Shown one piece after another: positions 16,946 through 37,156 of a DNA stretch of 64,000 nt. The notes beneath the pieces are model-generated. The model did not search any database, had not been told where the DNA came from, and saw nothing but the letters and a program-made list of their open reading frames with translations. The stretch is from the NCBI GenBank assembly GCA_964016885.1, contig OZ024744.1, positions 76,632,001 through 76,696,000 on the forward strand, in the 5' to 3' direction. The translations under genes were made by a program, and so were the position numbers. The stretch comes from Eledone cirrhosa. Lineage: Eukaryota. Numbering within the stretch: position 1 is the first letter of the stretch; each line of letters opens with the position of its first letter.

Positions 16946-16990
16946 AATATGGTTTTATAAATATAATTTCCATTTATTTAATATCGTATG

Positions 16991-17024
<34 letters not shown>

Positions 17025-17041
17025 TATATACATATATATTT

Positions 17042-17153
<112 letters not shown>

Positions 17154-17869
17154 CACATACACTGGTATGGATTCTGAACATGTGCACACGCTTAGGTCAC
17201 CTTAAGGTCAACTGCAGGAATCGGTGATAAGTTTCAAGAAAGTTTGATGACCAAAGACCTGGAAGTTGGCTTACCATGAGATTAGTCCGAAGAATAAAAC
17301 CCAAATCGTATGTTGACGAATATTCATACTCCCGGCATGTATATTGTAACATGCCATCTTTGAGAGTAGAGTTTATTTTGTCGATATTTCGAGGTGTCGG
17401 ATCGTGGGAAGATTAACACGAATTAAGAGATGTAACTTCTCCCCCGTTATTAACACTTTGCAACAGTGAATGTTACAAGGCATTCTTTAGGGCCAACACT
17501 TCTGATTGTTTATCCAACTTATTATGGTGTGTTTTCTCGGGTTATGTCTACTATAGGGGGAAAACGGGATGGTTTTATTGAATTGCTTCAGTCATTCGAA
17601 GGGCTTTACAAACGGCAATATACAGGGTGCTTGAACAGTACCTGAATATGTTCACTCGGTTATAATTTCTTCAATAATTGCGATGACTTTTTCAACTTTT
17701 CTGTGTTTCCTCTTGAGCGCTAAGGCAGTAAGTTTGCTATTCTTATACATAGGTTTTGTTGAATAAATTCGATACTCTTCGAGCTCAAACTTCCCCGGCT
17801 TATTCATTCTGAATGAAGAAAGGTGAATGGAAGGACTTATGACTTAAACAGCTATTGATAGTTCCACAC

Positions 17870-18625
17870 AAAAAAATGATCTGCCATAAACACACCTAGC
17901 AAAGGTTGCTATTGAAAATCCAGTATGGGTACCCAGGGTCGCTATCATTTTCAAGCGCACTCTGGGAACTGCGAGAGAGACTATCCTATTCCATCACAGC
18001 TACCCTGGGCAATTTCATCGTGAAATTGAATAACAAACGCCTCCGTAGGTATGACAACAGCCAACGGAAACCCGGACTTAATCTGAACACTTAACAACAA
18101 TTGCAGCCTCCGACACTGAGCAGACCGGCACCCACAAATACCAACATCTCTTCCACTTTACGCGCATATCCGGAGTAATAACAAAATTCTCGGAATATCA
18201 CCCCCAACACTGGAACCAGAGAGAAAACCACACACTATACACGGACAAACTGAAACTGCAGAAATCCCAGCAGTTGTCCTCTATCGGGTAAATACTTCTA
18301 CAAAAATATCATTTATCAATGTGTGGTAAAATCTAAACTGGGGATATATAAGTATGTGGGTTACACTTCGAATATTTTCAAGAACAGATGGTATGTGCTC
18401 ACCCACACATCTAAAGATCCCAGTGAAAAGAATTTGGAATCTGAAACGCGCTAATATTGGATTCACACAACAGTAGTCCGTGCTAAAATTCGCCGGTTCA
18501 TGCCGGAATGAAAGACGCCCCTGTGAACTATGTTTGGCGGAAGTAATTGAAATAGCGACCGTAAAGGACCTTCTAAATTCTCGACATGATATGATATATA
18601 ATTGCAAACACAAGATTTTTAAGAC
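17870..18625 (+). pseudogene. decayed Penelope-like element C-terminus (GIY-YIG endonuclease with Cys/His motifs, Naiad-like)
   Basis: LSYSITATLGNFIVKLNNKRL; N*NCRNPSSCPLSGK..NIIYQCVV..YVGYTSNIFKNRW; after a frameshift IWNLK..CELCLAE..LLNSRHDMIYNCKHK. Confidence 0.8.
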
Positions 18626-19072
18626 ATTCGCTAAATACAAACTGAACTAGAACAAGCTTCGATCCTTAATACCTACGTTTTACTATATCCTATTTCATAC
18701 ATTTCCTGTGGTTTTTGAACTTTTCACACCCAATGAATTCAGTAATATTCAAAACAATCCCATTTCCTTAATTCCTTTCCTTCTTACAAATCTAGCCTGC
18801 TCTTAATATCTACCTTATCTTTCTCTGTCCCTCTCTTTATACCTTCTCTACTCCATATATGGTAAACATCAAAACCTTCATCTATAACAATGGTCAAAGA
18901 ATAATTGTTCCACATAAGAACACTCAGATTGATAGCGTGAAACTCTTTACCCCACTACCTCTAACTGACTGTATTTCATACTATTTTTTTAACTTATTTA
19001 CATTTTCTCAAACGAAAATCTCATTACTGAATTCTACTTCGTGGTGAATAGTTGAATTCCACTACTATAGGA

Positions 19073-19180
19073 TTTTTGATGAAGTGTAATATATAATTAA
19101 CTATTGCATATAATTGAACAATACATATTGTAGTCAGCATATGTAGACAATTTATAATAGACACTGAAACAAACGTCAAA
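19073..19180 (+). ncRNA. degenerate hammerhead in the 3' region of the PLE
   Basis: tTGATGA agtgt...(long insert)...acact GAAAC aaac GTC aaa; C3->T. Confidence 0.5.
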
Positions 19181-19258
19181 GCAAATAAATTCATAATCTC
19201 TTCACATTGACGTTTTATTTTTCTTGGTGCAATACTTGCTTATATTAATATATATGTG

Positions 19259-19343
<85 letters not shown>

Positions 19344-19475
19344 ACCAAAATATACGGTAGTGTCCAATCCGAATGAAGAACTCAATGTAATCCAAATATC
19401 ATGAAAAGAGGTGTATTCAAAAATTTTTTCGATGAAAATCACAGGAAAACAGAGTCAAGATAAATTAAAACAATG

Positions 19476-19596
19476 AATAAAAACAATGAATAAAAACAAA
19501 GAAACTGTTCCTTATATTAAAAAATGTTATATTAAAAATTTTTTAATTTTTTAATATAAGGAACTGTTTCTTTGTTTTTATTCATTGTTTTTATTA
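19476..19596. repeat. fold-back with arms of about 50 bp next to (TA)n
   Basis: aataaaaacaatgaataaaaacaaagaaactgttccttatattaaaaaa versus its near-exact reverse complement. Confidence 0.8.
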
Positions 19597-19718
<122 letters not shown>

Positions 19719-19944
19719 TGTGTGTGTTTATATATATATATGTGTGTGTGAGTGTATATATATATATATATATACACTCAGACACACACACACACACACA
19801 CATATAATATATATATGTATAATAAAGAGAGATAAACACCGATAAATACATATATGCGTTCGAATCATGGTAGTTTCTAACTCAATATATACTTTGATAT
19901 ATATATATATATAGTTATGTAATAAACAACATAAGATAATTATC

Positions 19945-20003
19945 TCATTTACCAGTGGTTTCTTGAAAGCAGATGTTAGATCTGTTTTCAGTCGTCAGAA
20001 TGA
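19945..20003 (-). ncRNA. type I hammerhead within fold-back 19912-20107
   Basis: tcatt CTGACGA ctgaaaacagat ctaac atctgctttcaa GAAA ccactgg TA|aatga; the plus-strand mirror (20021-20074) starts at tTGACGA. Confidence 0.82.
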
Positions 20004-20177
20004 ATAAATAAACATGGTGTTTGACGACTGAAAACAGATCTAAGATCTGCTTTCAAGAAACCACTGGTAAATGAAATAATTATCTTATATGGTTTATTAC
20101 ATAACTAATAAGCTCTGTAGCCTACATAGAGGACTATTTTTTCCTGTACGTTTCTGACGGAATTATTTCATTTATAG

Positions 20178-20254
<77 letters not shown>

Positions 20255-20262
20255 CAAGTATT

Positions 20263-20460
20263 GAAGAAGAAGAAGAAGAAGAAGAAGAAGAAGAAGAAGA
20301 AGAAGAAGAAGAAGAAGAAGAAGAAGAAGAAGAAGAAGAAGAAGAAGAAGAAGAAGAAGAAGAAGAAGAAGAAGAAGAAGAAGAAGAAGAAGAAGAAGAA
20401 GAAGAAGAAGAAGAAGAAGAAGAAGAAGAAGAAGAAGAAGAAGAAGAAGAAGAAGAAGAA

Positions 20461-20513
<53 letters not shown>

Positions 20514-20526
20514 AGAAGAAGAAGAA
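20263..20526. repeat. (GAA)n then (GAC)n trinucleotide tract
   Basis: Direct inspection. Confidence 0.97.
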
Positions 20527-20799
20527 AACAACATGTTTCTCCTAACACATCGTTCAATCAACGTAGTATTAGATATTAACTTTTAGCGTCCCCTAGCAGC
20601 AACAAGGAAATTTTGTTATGTATTTCAATACTGGCCATGCCTTTCTCTACACGCTTAAGACATGCTATTTCGGGGTGATGGAAACAATGTTTAAGAACCC
20701 CAGGCAACACCCATCCCCAGCCCCAGTTGTTTTCTTTTGTTTTTCGCTACCGAACCGAACCGAACTATATACTGTTATTTTATAAATAATTATGTCTGA

Positions 20800-22640
20800 G
20801 CCTCCCTCCACCCCGCAGTGAGCCGAGCAGTATTTCTCGTGTTCAACTCACAATGGTTGGAAGAAATGAAGGAAATGTTCTAACTGTCAGAATTTTTTAC
20901 ACCTTTCTTGTGTTATACTTACTAAGAGCGCTTTGGAATCTATCCATGCCGCGGTGTCATTGTCCGCGCAGCTTAAACCCCTCGACGCTACAGGCATATA
21001 CAGAGGATCAGCAATATGATGACCAAACTCCGCTCAGTGCAGACGAGATCTTGGTGGTGATCTCCCGCCTTAGACTGTCATAGAAAGTCATCATCAGGAT
21101 CCCCAAAGCTGCCTGCACTCTCACGACTGAAGCATTAAGCGTCGTTCATTGACCTATGCTAGACACCAAGAGCCCGCAAAACAGGAACCAATTTTTCAGT
21201 TTTGCGACTCTTGCATTCGGGATCCTGATGGTTAGGGAGAAGTTGGTCCTCTCCCATACTTCTTGCGTCAGAAGCAACATCACCTCCTTCGGCCCCGCTG
21301 CATTCCCTTCTCTTCTGCTGCACACCTGTGCCGACACCGCACACACAGCCCCATTCCGATAGTACCAAACAGATCCGTGACAGGGTTAAACGTCAAGTAA
21401 ATCAAGGGTGACATCTCAGCCGTGGTGCGAACATTGGCTTCGAATGACACGATACTCCGGCCTACACCGGATGTCTTGGTCACTCTTCGCCTCAACCACA
21501 CCGATACTCCGGCAGATATAAGGGACTTCCATCAAGTTCCTGCCGGTGACGTCTCCTTGTTGGCTACATCCAGGAAAGACGTGGTAGCTGTGCTGAGATC
21601 CTTCCCAGGGAGTTGTAGTGGTGGAGTAGATGGCCTGCGACTTGGCCACCAGGGAGTTCGTTTGTTTCGGTCGATTACTGCACTAATAAACAGTCTTGTC
21701 CGAGGTGATCTCTCCCTCTATGCCCGCGACCTTTACATCTCCGCTGAAGAAGCATGAGGGAAACATCAGTTCCATTGCTACGGCAATGTCTTTCAGCATT
21801 TCACAGCCAAAATAGCCTGCAGGTAAGTTGTGGAGAATCTAAAGCCCCGTCCAGCTTGGAGTGGGTGTCAAGTGACCACTCATGCGGTCAAGCGGCCACT
21901 CATGCGGTCAGGCACTTCATAGATCACACGCCCCCTTCATCACCTCGTCTCCTAGTCAAGCTGGATATTCGAAACGCTTTTAACCGTGTTAGCCGTAATC
22001 ATATCATATAGATGTGCCTAAGCCAGGCTCCGGTTATACTCCCCCTTGCACATACCTCTTATGGGACTTCCAGCACACTTGTTGTTGCTGGGAATAAGAT
22101 CTCTTCCACCACTGGTGTCCAGCAAGGTGACCAACTTAGCCCATACCTCTTTGCGCTGGCTGTCGACGACATCGCCTGTTCAGTCCGCTCGACGTAACTG
22201 AACGAAGTAACTCTGAGTAGTTCAAACGAGTCTTTCGCCGACAACCTTTACCAAGTCATCCCAACCCTATCACACCTCGGACTTGAGATCAATCCAACCA
22301 AATTCGAAGTGGTAAATATGAGCTACCGAGAAGCTGAATTCGATAACGTCATACTCAGCATCAAAACTGTCTTGCCCGGGGATCGGCTAACACCGACAGA
22401 CTCTCTCGAAGACCATACGAAGGTGCCTGGAGAGCAAGTATGCTGATGACCTAACGAGGATGACGGAGAGACTGCGCCTCATTTCAGGTCAACCTTTCAA
22501 GCGACTCGAGCTTTCTTTGGACTAACGCTGTGTCGCCTCCATTCCGCCACGCAGCCAGGCAACGGCGAGTGACTTAATTCGGTGCCATACTCACCAAACA
22601 GTACTCTTCTGGTGTCGCTGGTTATTGTCGGTGGCAATTC
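20800..22640 (+). mobile_element. decayed RLE-type non-LTR retrotransposon (CRE-like) RT
   Basis: SFPGSCSGGVDGLR, LVKLDIRNAFNRVSR, STTGVQQGDQLSPYLFALAV; multiple stops and frameshifts. Confidence 0.78.
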
Positions 22641-23254
22641 TTCTGCCATTTTGTCCGCAGTACACAGCTGAGAGATATCCCTCTAACCTGATGTGTAGAG
22701 TCTGTCACTCCCTCCCCCTTCTTCCATTGTTTCATTTCGTCTTTCATTTTATTTTATTTTTCTTCTATTCATTTCCTTATTGCTTTAAATAGATATTTCT
22801 GTAAATAAAAATGATATGTATATTTTCGTAAAATAGCAAATACCTGTATATGCATATGTACTCATGTATATGTATGTATATATGTATATATGTATGTATG
22901 TAATAATAATTTGACTGAACTAGCATGGGTTTCACTGCTAGGACCGTTTGAATCTCAGCGTATTCAATAGGTAAAGTTAAGTAAACTCCTAGAGTATACA
23001 CATAGTTATTCGCTTCAAAACAACACACGTAAATGGGTACCTTCAATCTATACACGCCACATTTAATACAGCAATAGAGTGCACAGCATCCACTGCCTGC
23101 ATTTATTATACAACAATGCACAATCGGTGCATGTAGCTTCATCAGCAGGTTTCGCCCAATCAATAACCAATCGATCGACAGAATTCGATACCAGTCCGTG
23201 TCGGCTATGACTGAATGTGACGGCCATGACAGTAAAAGATTTGCAATGAAAACC

Positions 23255-23430
23255 CTACGTGTGGCTGAGTAGTTTGAGAATTCGATTCCCGGACCGAGCG
23301 ATGCGTTATGACCTTGAGCAAGACACTTTATTTCACGTTGCTCCTTCTACATGGAGTTGCGACCGATAGGTAGTATTAGCAACTGGAAAGACCAATGGAA
23401 ACATTGTTTCCTCGGTCCGATTTGACTAAA
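23255..23430 (+). mobile_element. second SINE family fragment
   Basis: ttcgattcccggaccgagcgatgcgttatgaccttgagcaagacactttatttcacgttgctcc. Confidence 0.7.
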
Positions 23431-23509
23431 GTCGATATATATATAAACAAAACACATATTGACCTCAAAGCAACCGGTAATTTCAACAATAGCTATCTAT
23501 CATTCACTC

Positions 23510-28433
<4,924 letters not shown>

Positions 28434-28549
28434 CTATTTCTTTCTTTTTTTTCACAATTAACCCCCCCCTGCTTCCTCCCTTGCTTTCCTCACTTCACAC
28501 CAATGCCTTTTTTTGTTTTGTTCTGTTTTGTTTTTTTATCATTTGTCTC

Positions 28550-28886
28550 TCTTATTTCTCTCTTATCTCTCTGCTAACTCTCTGTTAACTCTCTCTTATC
28601 TCTCTGTTATCTCTCTGTTAACTCTCTGTTAACTCTCTCTTAACTCTCTGTTAACTCTCTCTTATCTCTCTGTTATCTCTCTGTTAACTCTCTGTTAACT
28701 CTCTCTTAACTCTCTGTTATCTCTCTGTTATCTCTCTGTTATCTCTCTCTTAACTCTCTGTTAACTCTCTCTTAACTCTCTGTTATCTCTCTGTTATCTC
28801 TCTGTTATCTCTCTCTTAACTCTCTGTTAACTCTCTCTTAACTCTCTCTTATCTCTCTGTTATCTCTCTCTTATCTCTCTGTTAAC
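28550..28886. repeat. 11-bp minisatellite CTCTCT(G/C)TTA(A/T)
   Basis: About 30 tandem units. Confidence 0.93.
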
Positions 28887-30010
28887 ACTCTCTCTCTCTC
28901 CACCTATCTTTCATACTATCTCTGTTTTTTTTAAGCTATATTTCAGAAGAAAAAAAAGTTGATGATGATGAAGGAGGAGGAGGAGGAGGGGGAGGAGGGG
29001 AGGAGGAGTATGGGGAGGAGGAGGGTGGGGATTAGGGGGGGGGAAGAAGAAGAAGAAGAAGAAGAAGAAGAAGAAGAAGAAGAAGAAGAAGAAGAAGAAG
29101 AAGAAGAAGAAGAAACAAGATACAAGAAGACAAAAGTTTAGGAGCAGGGTGGCGCGAGGTGGCGTGGGGTGGGTGGTGTGAGGTAGGGTGGGATGAGAAT
29201 AACTAAGTGTCCTGCAAGTCATTCTGTATTATTTCTACTGATATATGATATTTGATGTACATAAAAACAACAGCAACAGCAACAGCAACAACAACAACAA
29301 CAACAACAACAGCAACAATACTAGCAGTAAAAACAATAAACACAAAAACAACGAAAAAAAAATACCAATAACAACCAAAAAAATAAAAAAAATAAAAATG
29401 GTGGGAGACAATATCGTAGCAAGTTGGGAGTTTTAGGCAGACAGTGTGTTTGTAATAATAGTTAATGATACCAGCTTGTAAACTGATACATACATTGTAT
29501 GTATGTATTTATGTATGTATTTATGTATGTATGTATGTATGTATGTATGTATGTATGTATGTATGTATGTATGTATGTATGCATGTATGTATGTATGTAT
29601 GTATATATATGCATGTATGTATGTATGTATGGATGGATGGATGTATGTATGTATGTATGGATGGATGGATGTGTGGATGGATGGATGGATGGATGGATGG
29701 ATGGATGGATGGATGGATGTATGTATGTATGTTATCTCTTTCTCTTAATTTCGAGTATATTTTTTTGACCGGCCACCTTCCTGGTGGCAAGGTTGTAGAA
29801 GAAAAGAAATTGTCATCCCTTGAATCACAAGAATGTTTTGCAAATTTTGAAAGTGCCAGCTATCGCAGCCATTTGTAGATTATGAATTAGGGAGCTGCGC
29901 TCTTTGTCCGCAAATCCAAGTTCAGTCATACTTTGGTCCAAGCGGGTTGGTATATAACCCCTAGCTGATGTATGTATGTATATATGTATGTATGTATGTA
30001 TGTATATATA

Positions 30011-30978
30011 GAGAGTGGGACTGGCTTTGTGCAGTGCCTTTCCTCACTATAAAAGCTTCACGGCACAGGCATTGCTTTAAATCTGGAGATCTCTCTGCAC
30101 TTGTCGTCACATGGTACCATGGGCCCAGCACTATGTGTCAATAATTGTCACAAGTGTAGTGTTTGTACCACAGTTTTCAAGTCGTTGACTGGACTAAAAA
30201 GTCACACTCGTTCAGCGCATCGGTAGGGGTTCTCCTACATGGATATAAAGTAGTGGCCGTACTCAAAAACGAGTTGGCAGCCACCATATATATGTATATA
30301 TGTATGGATGGATGGATGCATGTGTGTATGTATGTGTGTATGTATGCATGTGTGTTTGTGTGTATGTATATATGTATGGATGTATGTATGTATGGATGTA
30401 TGTATGTATGCATGGGTGTTTGTGTGTATGTATGTATGTATGCATGTGTGTATGTGTGTATGTTTGTATGTATGTATGTATGTATACATGTGTGTATGTA
30501 TGTATCTATGTATGTATGTATATATGTATACATGTGTGTATGTATGTACGTATGTATGTATCTATGTATGTAAAGAGATGACTCCTTAGCCTTTGCCAAG
30601 GCAGAATTCTAGAAGGAAAACTCTGATATAACACCTGCAACCCTGATGGTATCCAATGATGTTGACTTGTTCTTCTTTTTGGTAAATATCATCTTGGTTA
30701 AGAGAGTGGGACTGGCTTTGTGCAGTGCCTTTGCTCACTATAAAAGCTTCACGGCACAGGCATTGCTTTATATCTGGAGATCTCTCTGCACTTGTCATCA
30801 CATGGTACCATGGGCCCAGCACTATGTGTCAATAATTGTCACAAGTGTAGTGTTTGTACCAGAGTTTTCAAGTCGCTGGCTGGACTAAAAAGTCACACTC
30901 GTTCAGCGCATCGGTAGGGGTTCTCCTACATAGATATAAAGTAGTGGCCGTACTCGAAAACGAGTTGGCAGCCACCAT
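30011..30978. repeat. direct duplication of about 275 bp (30011-30287 and 30702-30978) separated by (TATG)n
   Basis: gagagtgggactggctttgtgcagtgcc...gagttggcagccaccat occurs twice. Confidence 0.9.
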
Positions 30979-31535
30979 GTATGTATGTATGAGTGTATGT
31001 AGGCATGTATGTGCCTGTGTGTGTGAGTGTGTATATTTGTAAGTTTGTATGCGTGTATGTGTGAGTGTGTATGTATGCATGAGTGTATATCTGTGTATGT
31101 ATGTGTATGTATGTAGATATATGTGTATGCATGTTTGTACGTATGTGGGTATACGTATGTATTTATGGATATGTTTGTATGTGTGTATGCATGTATGTGT
31201 GTATATGTATGGATATGTATGTATATGTGTTTGTATGTATGTGTATATGTATGTATATATGTGTGTGAATATGTATGTACGCATGCCTCTGTGTGTATGC
31301 ATGACTCTGTATGTGTAAATTTGTGTTAGTATGTATGTATATATGTATATGAAAAAAATAATACCCAATCTTATCTATTTATCTATTTATCTATCTTGGA
31401 TAGATAAAGAGACAGACATACACCCAAACAAAGACAAAGAGATGAAGAGAGAGAGATAGAGAGAGCGAGAGAGAGAGGGGCGAGTCAGTCAGTCAGACAG
31501 ACAGGCAGTGACAGAGAGAGACAAGACAGGCAGAC

Positions 31536-31577
<42 letters not shown>

Positions 31578-31784
31578 CGGGTAGACAGTGACAGAGAGAG
31601 AGAGAGAAGACAGACAAGACAGGCAAACAGAGACAGGCAGTGAGAGAAAGAGGTGAGAGTGACGGTGCAAGATATTTTATTTAAAGCTGTGAGTCGCTAC
31701 TAAAAGTTTTATGTTGTCTGGGAAATCTGGAGGAGCAACTTGAAACATCCAATAAGTAAAATTACATAAAAAAAAACTTCACTC

Positions 31785-32010
31785 TCTTGACTTCTGTAGT
31801 CGTCGGTGGGATCCTACTGCAGAAGCAGCAGCACACACTGAAAATACTCTATCAACGGCGGACGTCCATTTTTTGACATTGTCCAACCAGTTTTTGCGTT
31901 AGTGTCCCCTCCTGTATCCACTTTCAACAGTGCCTAGCATGATGGTCTTTCACAGACTGTCATGTCAAGTGACGTGGCTAAACCACGCCAGTTACCTCCT
32001 CTTGATAAGT
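31785..32010 (-). mobile_element. RTE-like LINE 3' fragment
   Basis: Reverse strand reads WFSHVT*HDSL*KTIMLGTVESGYRRGH..NWLDNVKKW. Confidence 0.65.
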
Positions 32011-32074
32011 AGAAAAACATAAAATGTTCAGCTCTGAATAAAATAAAAACTAAAGAAAAAAAAAAAAAAAAAAT

Positions 32075-33325
<1,251 letters not shown>

Positions 33326-33359
33326 CCATTTTCAAATAATAATAATATCCTGATTTTCA

Positions 33360-33394
<35 letters not shown>

Positions 33395-33399
33395 TTTTA

Positions 33400-34400
33400 T
33401 TTATTGGCCACAAGGGCCGACATGTAGGGGACAATACAAAGACAGGGACAGTGGGGTTTACAAGAAGGTCGAGTAAAAGTGCACAATGGCAAGACTAATT
33501 TAACAATGAAGATATAAAATAAACTAAATAAATTCCTCAATAGTGGGGTGGACTATCCAGGGCCGACTCAGGTACCCCACCAATCCTAAACCACCCGACG
33601 CTTCTAAGGGTCACGGGCAGGGCACCCCTCTCTTCCTCAAATTAACCAGACTACAGACGCATGGTCAGAGTAGGCCCACTCACAAGGGCCATTCACACCA
33701 CATTCATCCACCTTTTAACAAATGTACCTTTTAGCAAATGTACTTTTCTCTCCACCCTCACCTTCCTTTCCAGGTGAAACTTGAAGAAGTTGATGAGGGA
33801 TTGGCCGCCGAAGAGAAAAGTGTCTGTCTTCAGTCCTGTCAATCTGGTCCACCATAAAACCTCTTTCGCAACTGCCACCAGACAGAGGAAAATTGCCTGC
33901 TATTCCTGGCCAAAGGAAGACGGCGGGTCGATCTTCACTATGGACTCGGCCGATAGCCGGATCCGTTCTACACGCGACAACAGCTGTTCGGACATAACTC
34001 CACAAGTCAGTAATGCACGGACATTGGACAAGTGCGTGCAGAACGGTCAGGTCCGTCTGACAGCACTTCCGTGTCTGTAGAGTTTATCTCGAACCGGCAG
34101 TGCTCCCCGGTGGTACTGCCAAGCGAGGGATTTTTGGAAGTTATTCATCGTCCCCGACTCGAAAGTTCTCCGGAACAGACTGGTCGGTTCGACTTCGTCG
34201 ACCCCCAGAATCTCTCCTAGTGTGTCGTCGTACCACTAATTCTCTATAGAACTCGAGAGTGGAAGTTCCACTGACTGCATTGCTCGCCGCGTAGAGGGCA
34301 GTGAGTGCCTGGCAACATTTTAGATGCCAGTCACCCAGTCTCGGTCTCTTCTTGACCCAGGATAATGGCTGGTCAGAGCATTACCCCCCTCTGCTCCCCC
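33400..34400 (-). mobile_element. L1/Tx1-like LINE 3' fragment
   Basis: AVAKEVLWWTRLTGLKTDTFLFGGQSLINFFKFHLERKVRVER. Confidence 0.8.
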
Positions 34401-34791
34401 TCCCCGATAAATCCGGTTCTGTGTACATACATATCTATTAGTAATTTCTATCATGAGGAAATCGCTCCAAGTAGAGCCGCTACTTTTCCAAATTGAGAGA
34501 TCACAGTTCCGATATTATGGACATGTGGTTAAAATGTTCACTGGACAACAGAGTTTTACGGGCAAAATTAAATAAAAGTTAGGAGGATCCGGGTGTAGAT
34601 CCCGAGCAAGAGGGATGGGTGATGTCCATGCGCTTCGTTGTCTCATTTGGGAATCCAGCTTGATCGATTTTAGACGATTGCTTTAAACACAATCATACTC
34701 ACAACCTCACGATTGTGAATCCAACACCCTTATCACTGAACCACGCACCTTTATATCCATACATATATATGTGTGTGCGTATGTATGTGTT

Positions 34792-34861
<70 letters not shown>

Positions 34862-34881
34862 CATACACACATATATATATA

Positions 34882-35188
34882 ACAGAACCTCGGTTCAGGA
34901 ACAATTTTTCCGAACATAAAACGTCTCGGTTGACGAACGATGTCTCGAGTAACGAACACGCAAGCCGGCAACAACGGTTGGCGATAACCTGGGAGTATCA
35001 GGGGGAAAGCATCACTTGCTGTGTAATTAGTTACTATGATGATACCTATTTGTTTTTCACACAGAATCTCTCTCTCACTAAATATCTCTCAACATTTCGT
35101 ATGGGAGAAATAGTTTCCGTCTATAAACATTTCGGATAACGAACGGCCTTCAAGAACGAATTAAGTTCATGAACTGATGTCCCACTGT
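34882..35188. mobile_element. Tc1/pogo (Tigger-like) MITE remnant
   Basis: Ends cagaacctcggttcaggaac and gttcatgaactgatgtcccactg-TA. Confidence 0.6.
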
Positions 35189-35403
35189 ATATATATGTAT
35201 TTATATACATACACATATATGTATGTACACACACACACACATACACATACAAACGGGCGCGCGCGCGCACACATATGGTTCATGGATTGTAACAGAAGTC
35301 CGATGATATTTTGATTCCAGAGTCGGACCCGATCGATGCAGATCGAACCTTGGAGCTGATCAATTCGAAACGCGCGTCACACCTCGTTCATATTATTATT
35401 ATC

Positions 35404-35455
<52 letters not shown>

Positions 35456-35608
35456 CTATAGACACATGCATGTGTCTATAGGTATATATATATATATATA
35501 TATATGCATGTGTATATGGTATATATATATATATAAATGCACGTGTCTATAGGTATATATATTATTCACAATATTAATAAATGAAGACATTCACAAAATC
35601 AAAATATG

Positions 35609-35670
35609 TTTTATTATATATATTTCGAAGGTACTGTGCTGTTTTTTCAGTACGTCTTCATCAGATAAAA
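35609..35670 (-). ncRNA. type I hammerhead, family A-related
   Basis: ttttat CTGATGA agacgtactg..cagtaccttc GAAA tatata TA|ataaaa. Confidence 0.8.
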
Positions 35671-36346
35671 TATATGAATTGATGTATGACATACCTCAAC
35701 TGTCTTGATGGTTCAATTCCAGTATTGGCAGTGATTTATTACAACAAATCTCAATATTTATATACCAGAAATAATAACATGATAAACTTAAATATGATGA
35801 AGAAGAGGATGTGGAGCGAGATATAGGTATAAGGAGGGGGTGAGTATGAGAAAATGTAAGAAGAAATAAAGAGAGAGAGAGAGATAGAAAAGAAGAGAGA
35901 AGAAGAGAGAAAAAATAAGATAAGATAGAAGAAGGAAAGAGAGAGAAGAGGGAAGACGTAACCGCAAAAAGGAAAGAATGAAAGAAAGAAAGGAAGAAAG
36001 AAAGAAAGAAAGAAGAAAGGGACATGATGCGTGACCGTTGTTTTCAAATATTAAGTCAAACAGAAGCGGCCAATTAAATTCCGTGAAATTTTTAATATTT
36101 TGTGTATTTGGTTATGTTTGAGCTAATTATACTAATGTATTATATCAAAATTAAACAATATAAAAATATTTTCTATAATAATCAGAAGCGTAATTTAATT
36201 AATAAATATATTCAATATTTTGTTACAAAATTCAAAAATCAAAAACATTTTTACCTATCAAGCAAGTTTACAAACATAATAAATATGTATAAGGGTATTT
36301 ACCACAACATATTCGCATATCACCATCAGTATATGCATTTTATATA

Positions 36347-36565
36347 GTGGTTTCTTATATAGGCACAATGCCAGTAACTTGGGGGGGGGGGGAAGTCGAT
36401 TAAATCGACCCCAGTGCGTGACTGGTACTTTATTTTATCAACCCCATAAGGATGAGAGGCCAAGTTCACCTCGGCGGTATTTGAGCTCAGATCATAAAGA
36501 GCCGTAACTCTATGCTGCAAAGCATGGCGTCCGACCCTCTACCGATACTGCCAATCCACCGCCTT
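36347..36565 (-). mobile_element. tRNA-derived SINE
   Basis: Full-length family match. Confidence 0.9.
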
Positions 36566-37156
36566 CATGCATTTTATATAATGTTTAGAATTATTATCAG
36601 AATTATTCATTTTACAATATAAACAATCGTCATTTACTTATAGGATTAATAAGTAGTTTTATTTACTCTTTAAAATATTATTATTTCGATTTTAATTTCG
36701 TAACTATATCATAATATCATAATATATGTAGTTTCCCTATAACCATTAATATCATGTTAAATATACATTATTAATCCATTTGGATGGATAGAAAGAAAAT
36801 AATATACGAAGAATGTAAACAAAGGGAGGTAATCCATATGTAGTCATTTATATTATCTAAGTGCTTTGAAAGCCAGAAGATATTTTAAACCGCAAGTTCA
36901 GAAAATTCTAGTTACACAATGACCATTCAAAAAATCGAACTTAGGATAGTGAATCACATCATGAGATTAATTTACTATATAAAAAAAAACGATATACAAT
37001 TTTAAGGTAAGGCAAAACATTATATATATAATAACAATAATTCAAGAATTATTAAATAGTAAAAACACTGGTTGGTTATATCCGTAGTAGTAGAGCACTC
37101 AGTCTATGGGACGAGTTTGGTAGAAGTAGTAATACAACAGTTAGTTCACCATTTAT

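Larger units (their letters stand above)
16628..16988. repeat. perfect 361-bp palindrome (180-bp arms, 1-nt centre at 16808) carrying two family-A hammerheads
   Basis: Arms read as exact reverse complements around gaaaagttga-a-tcaacttttc. Confidence 0.95.

Noticed and set aside
17160-17860. RT region upstream of the Naiad-like endonuclease
   Set aside because: No RT motifs could be read on either strand.
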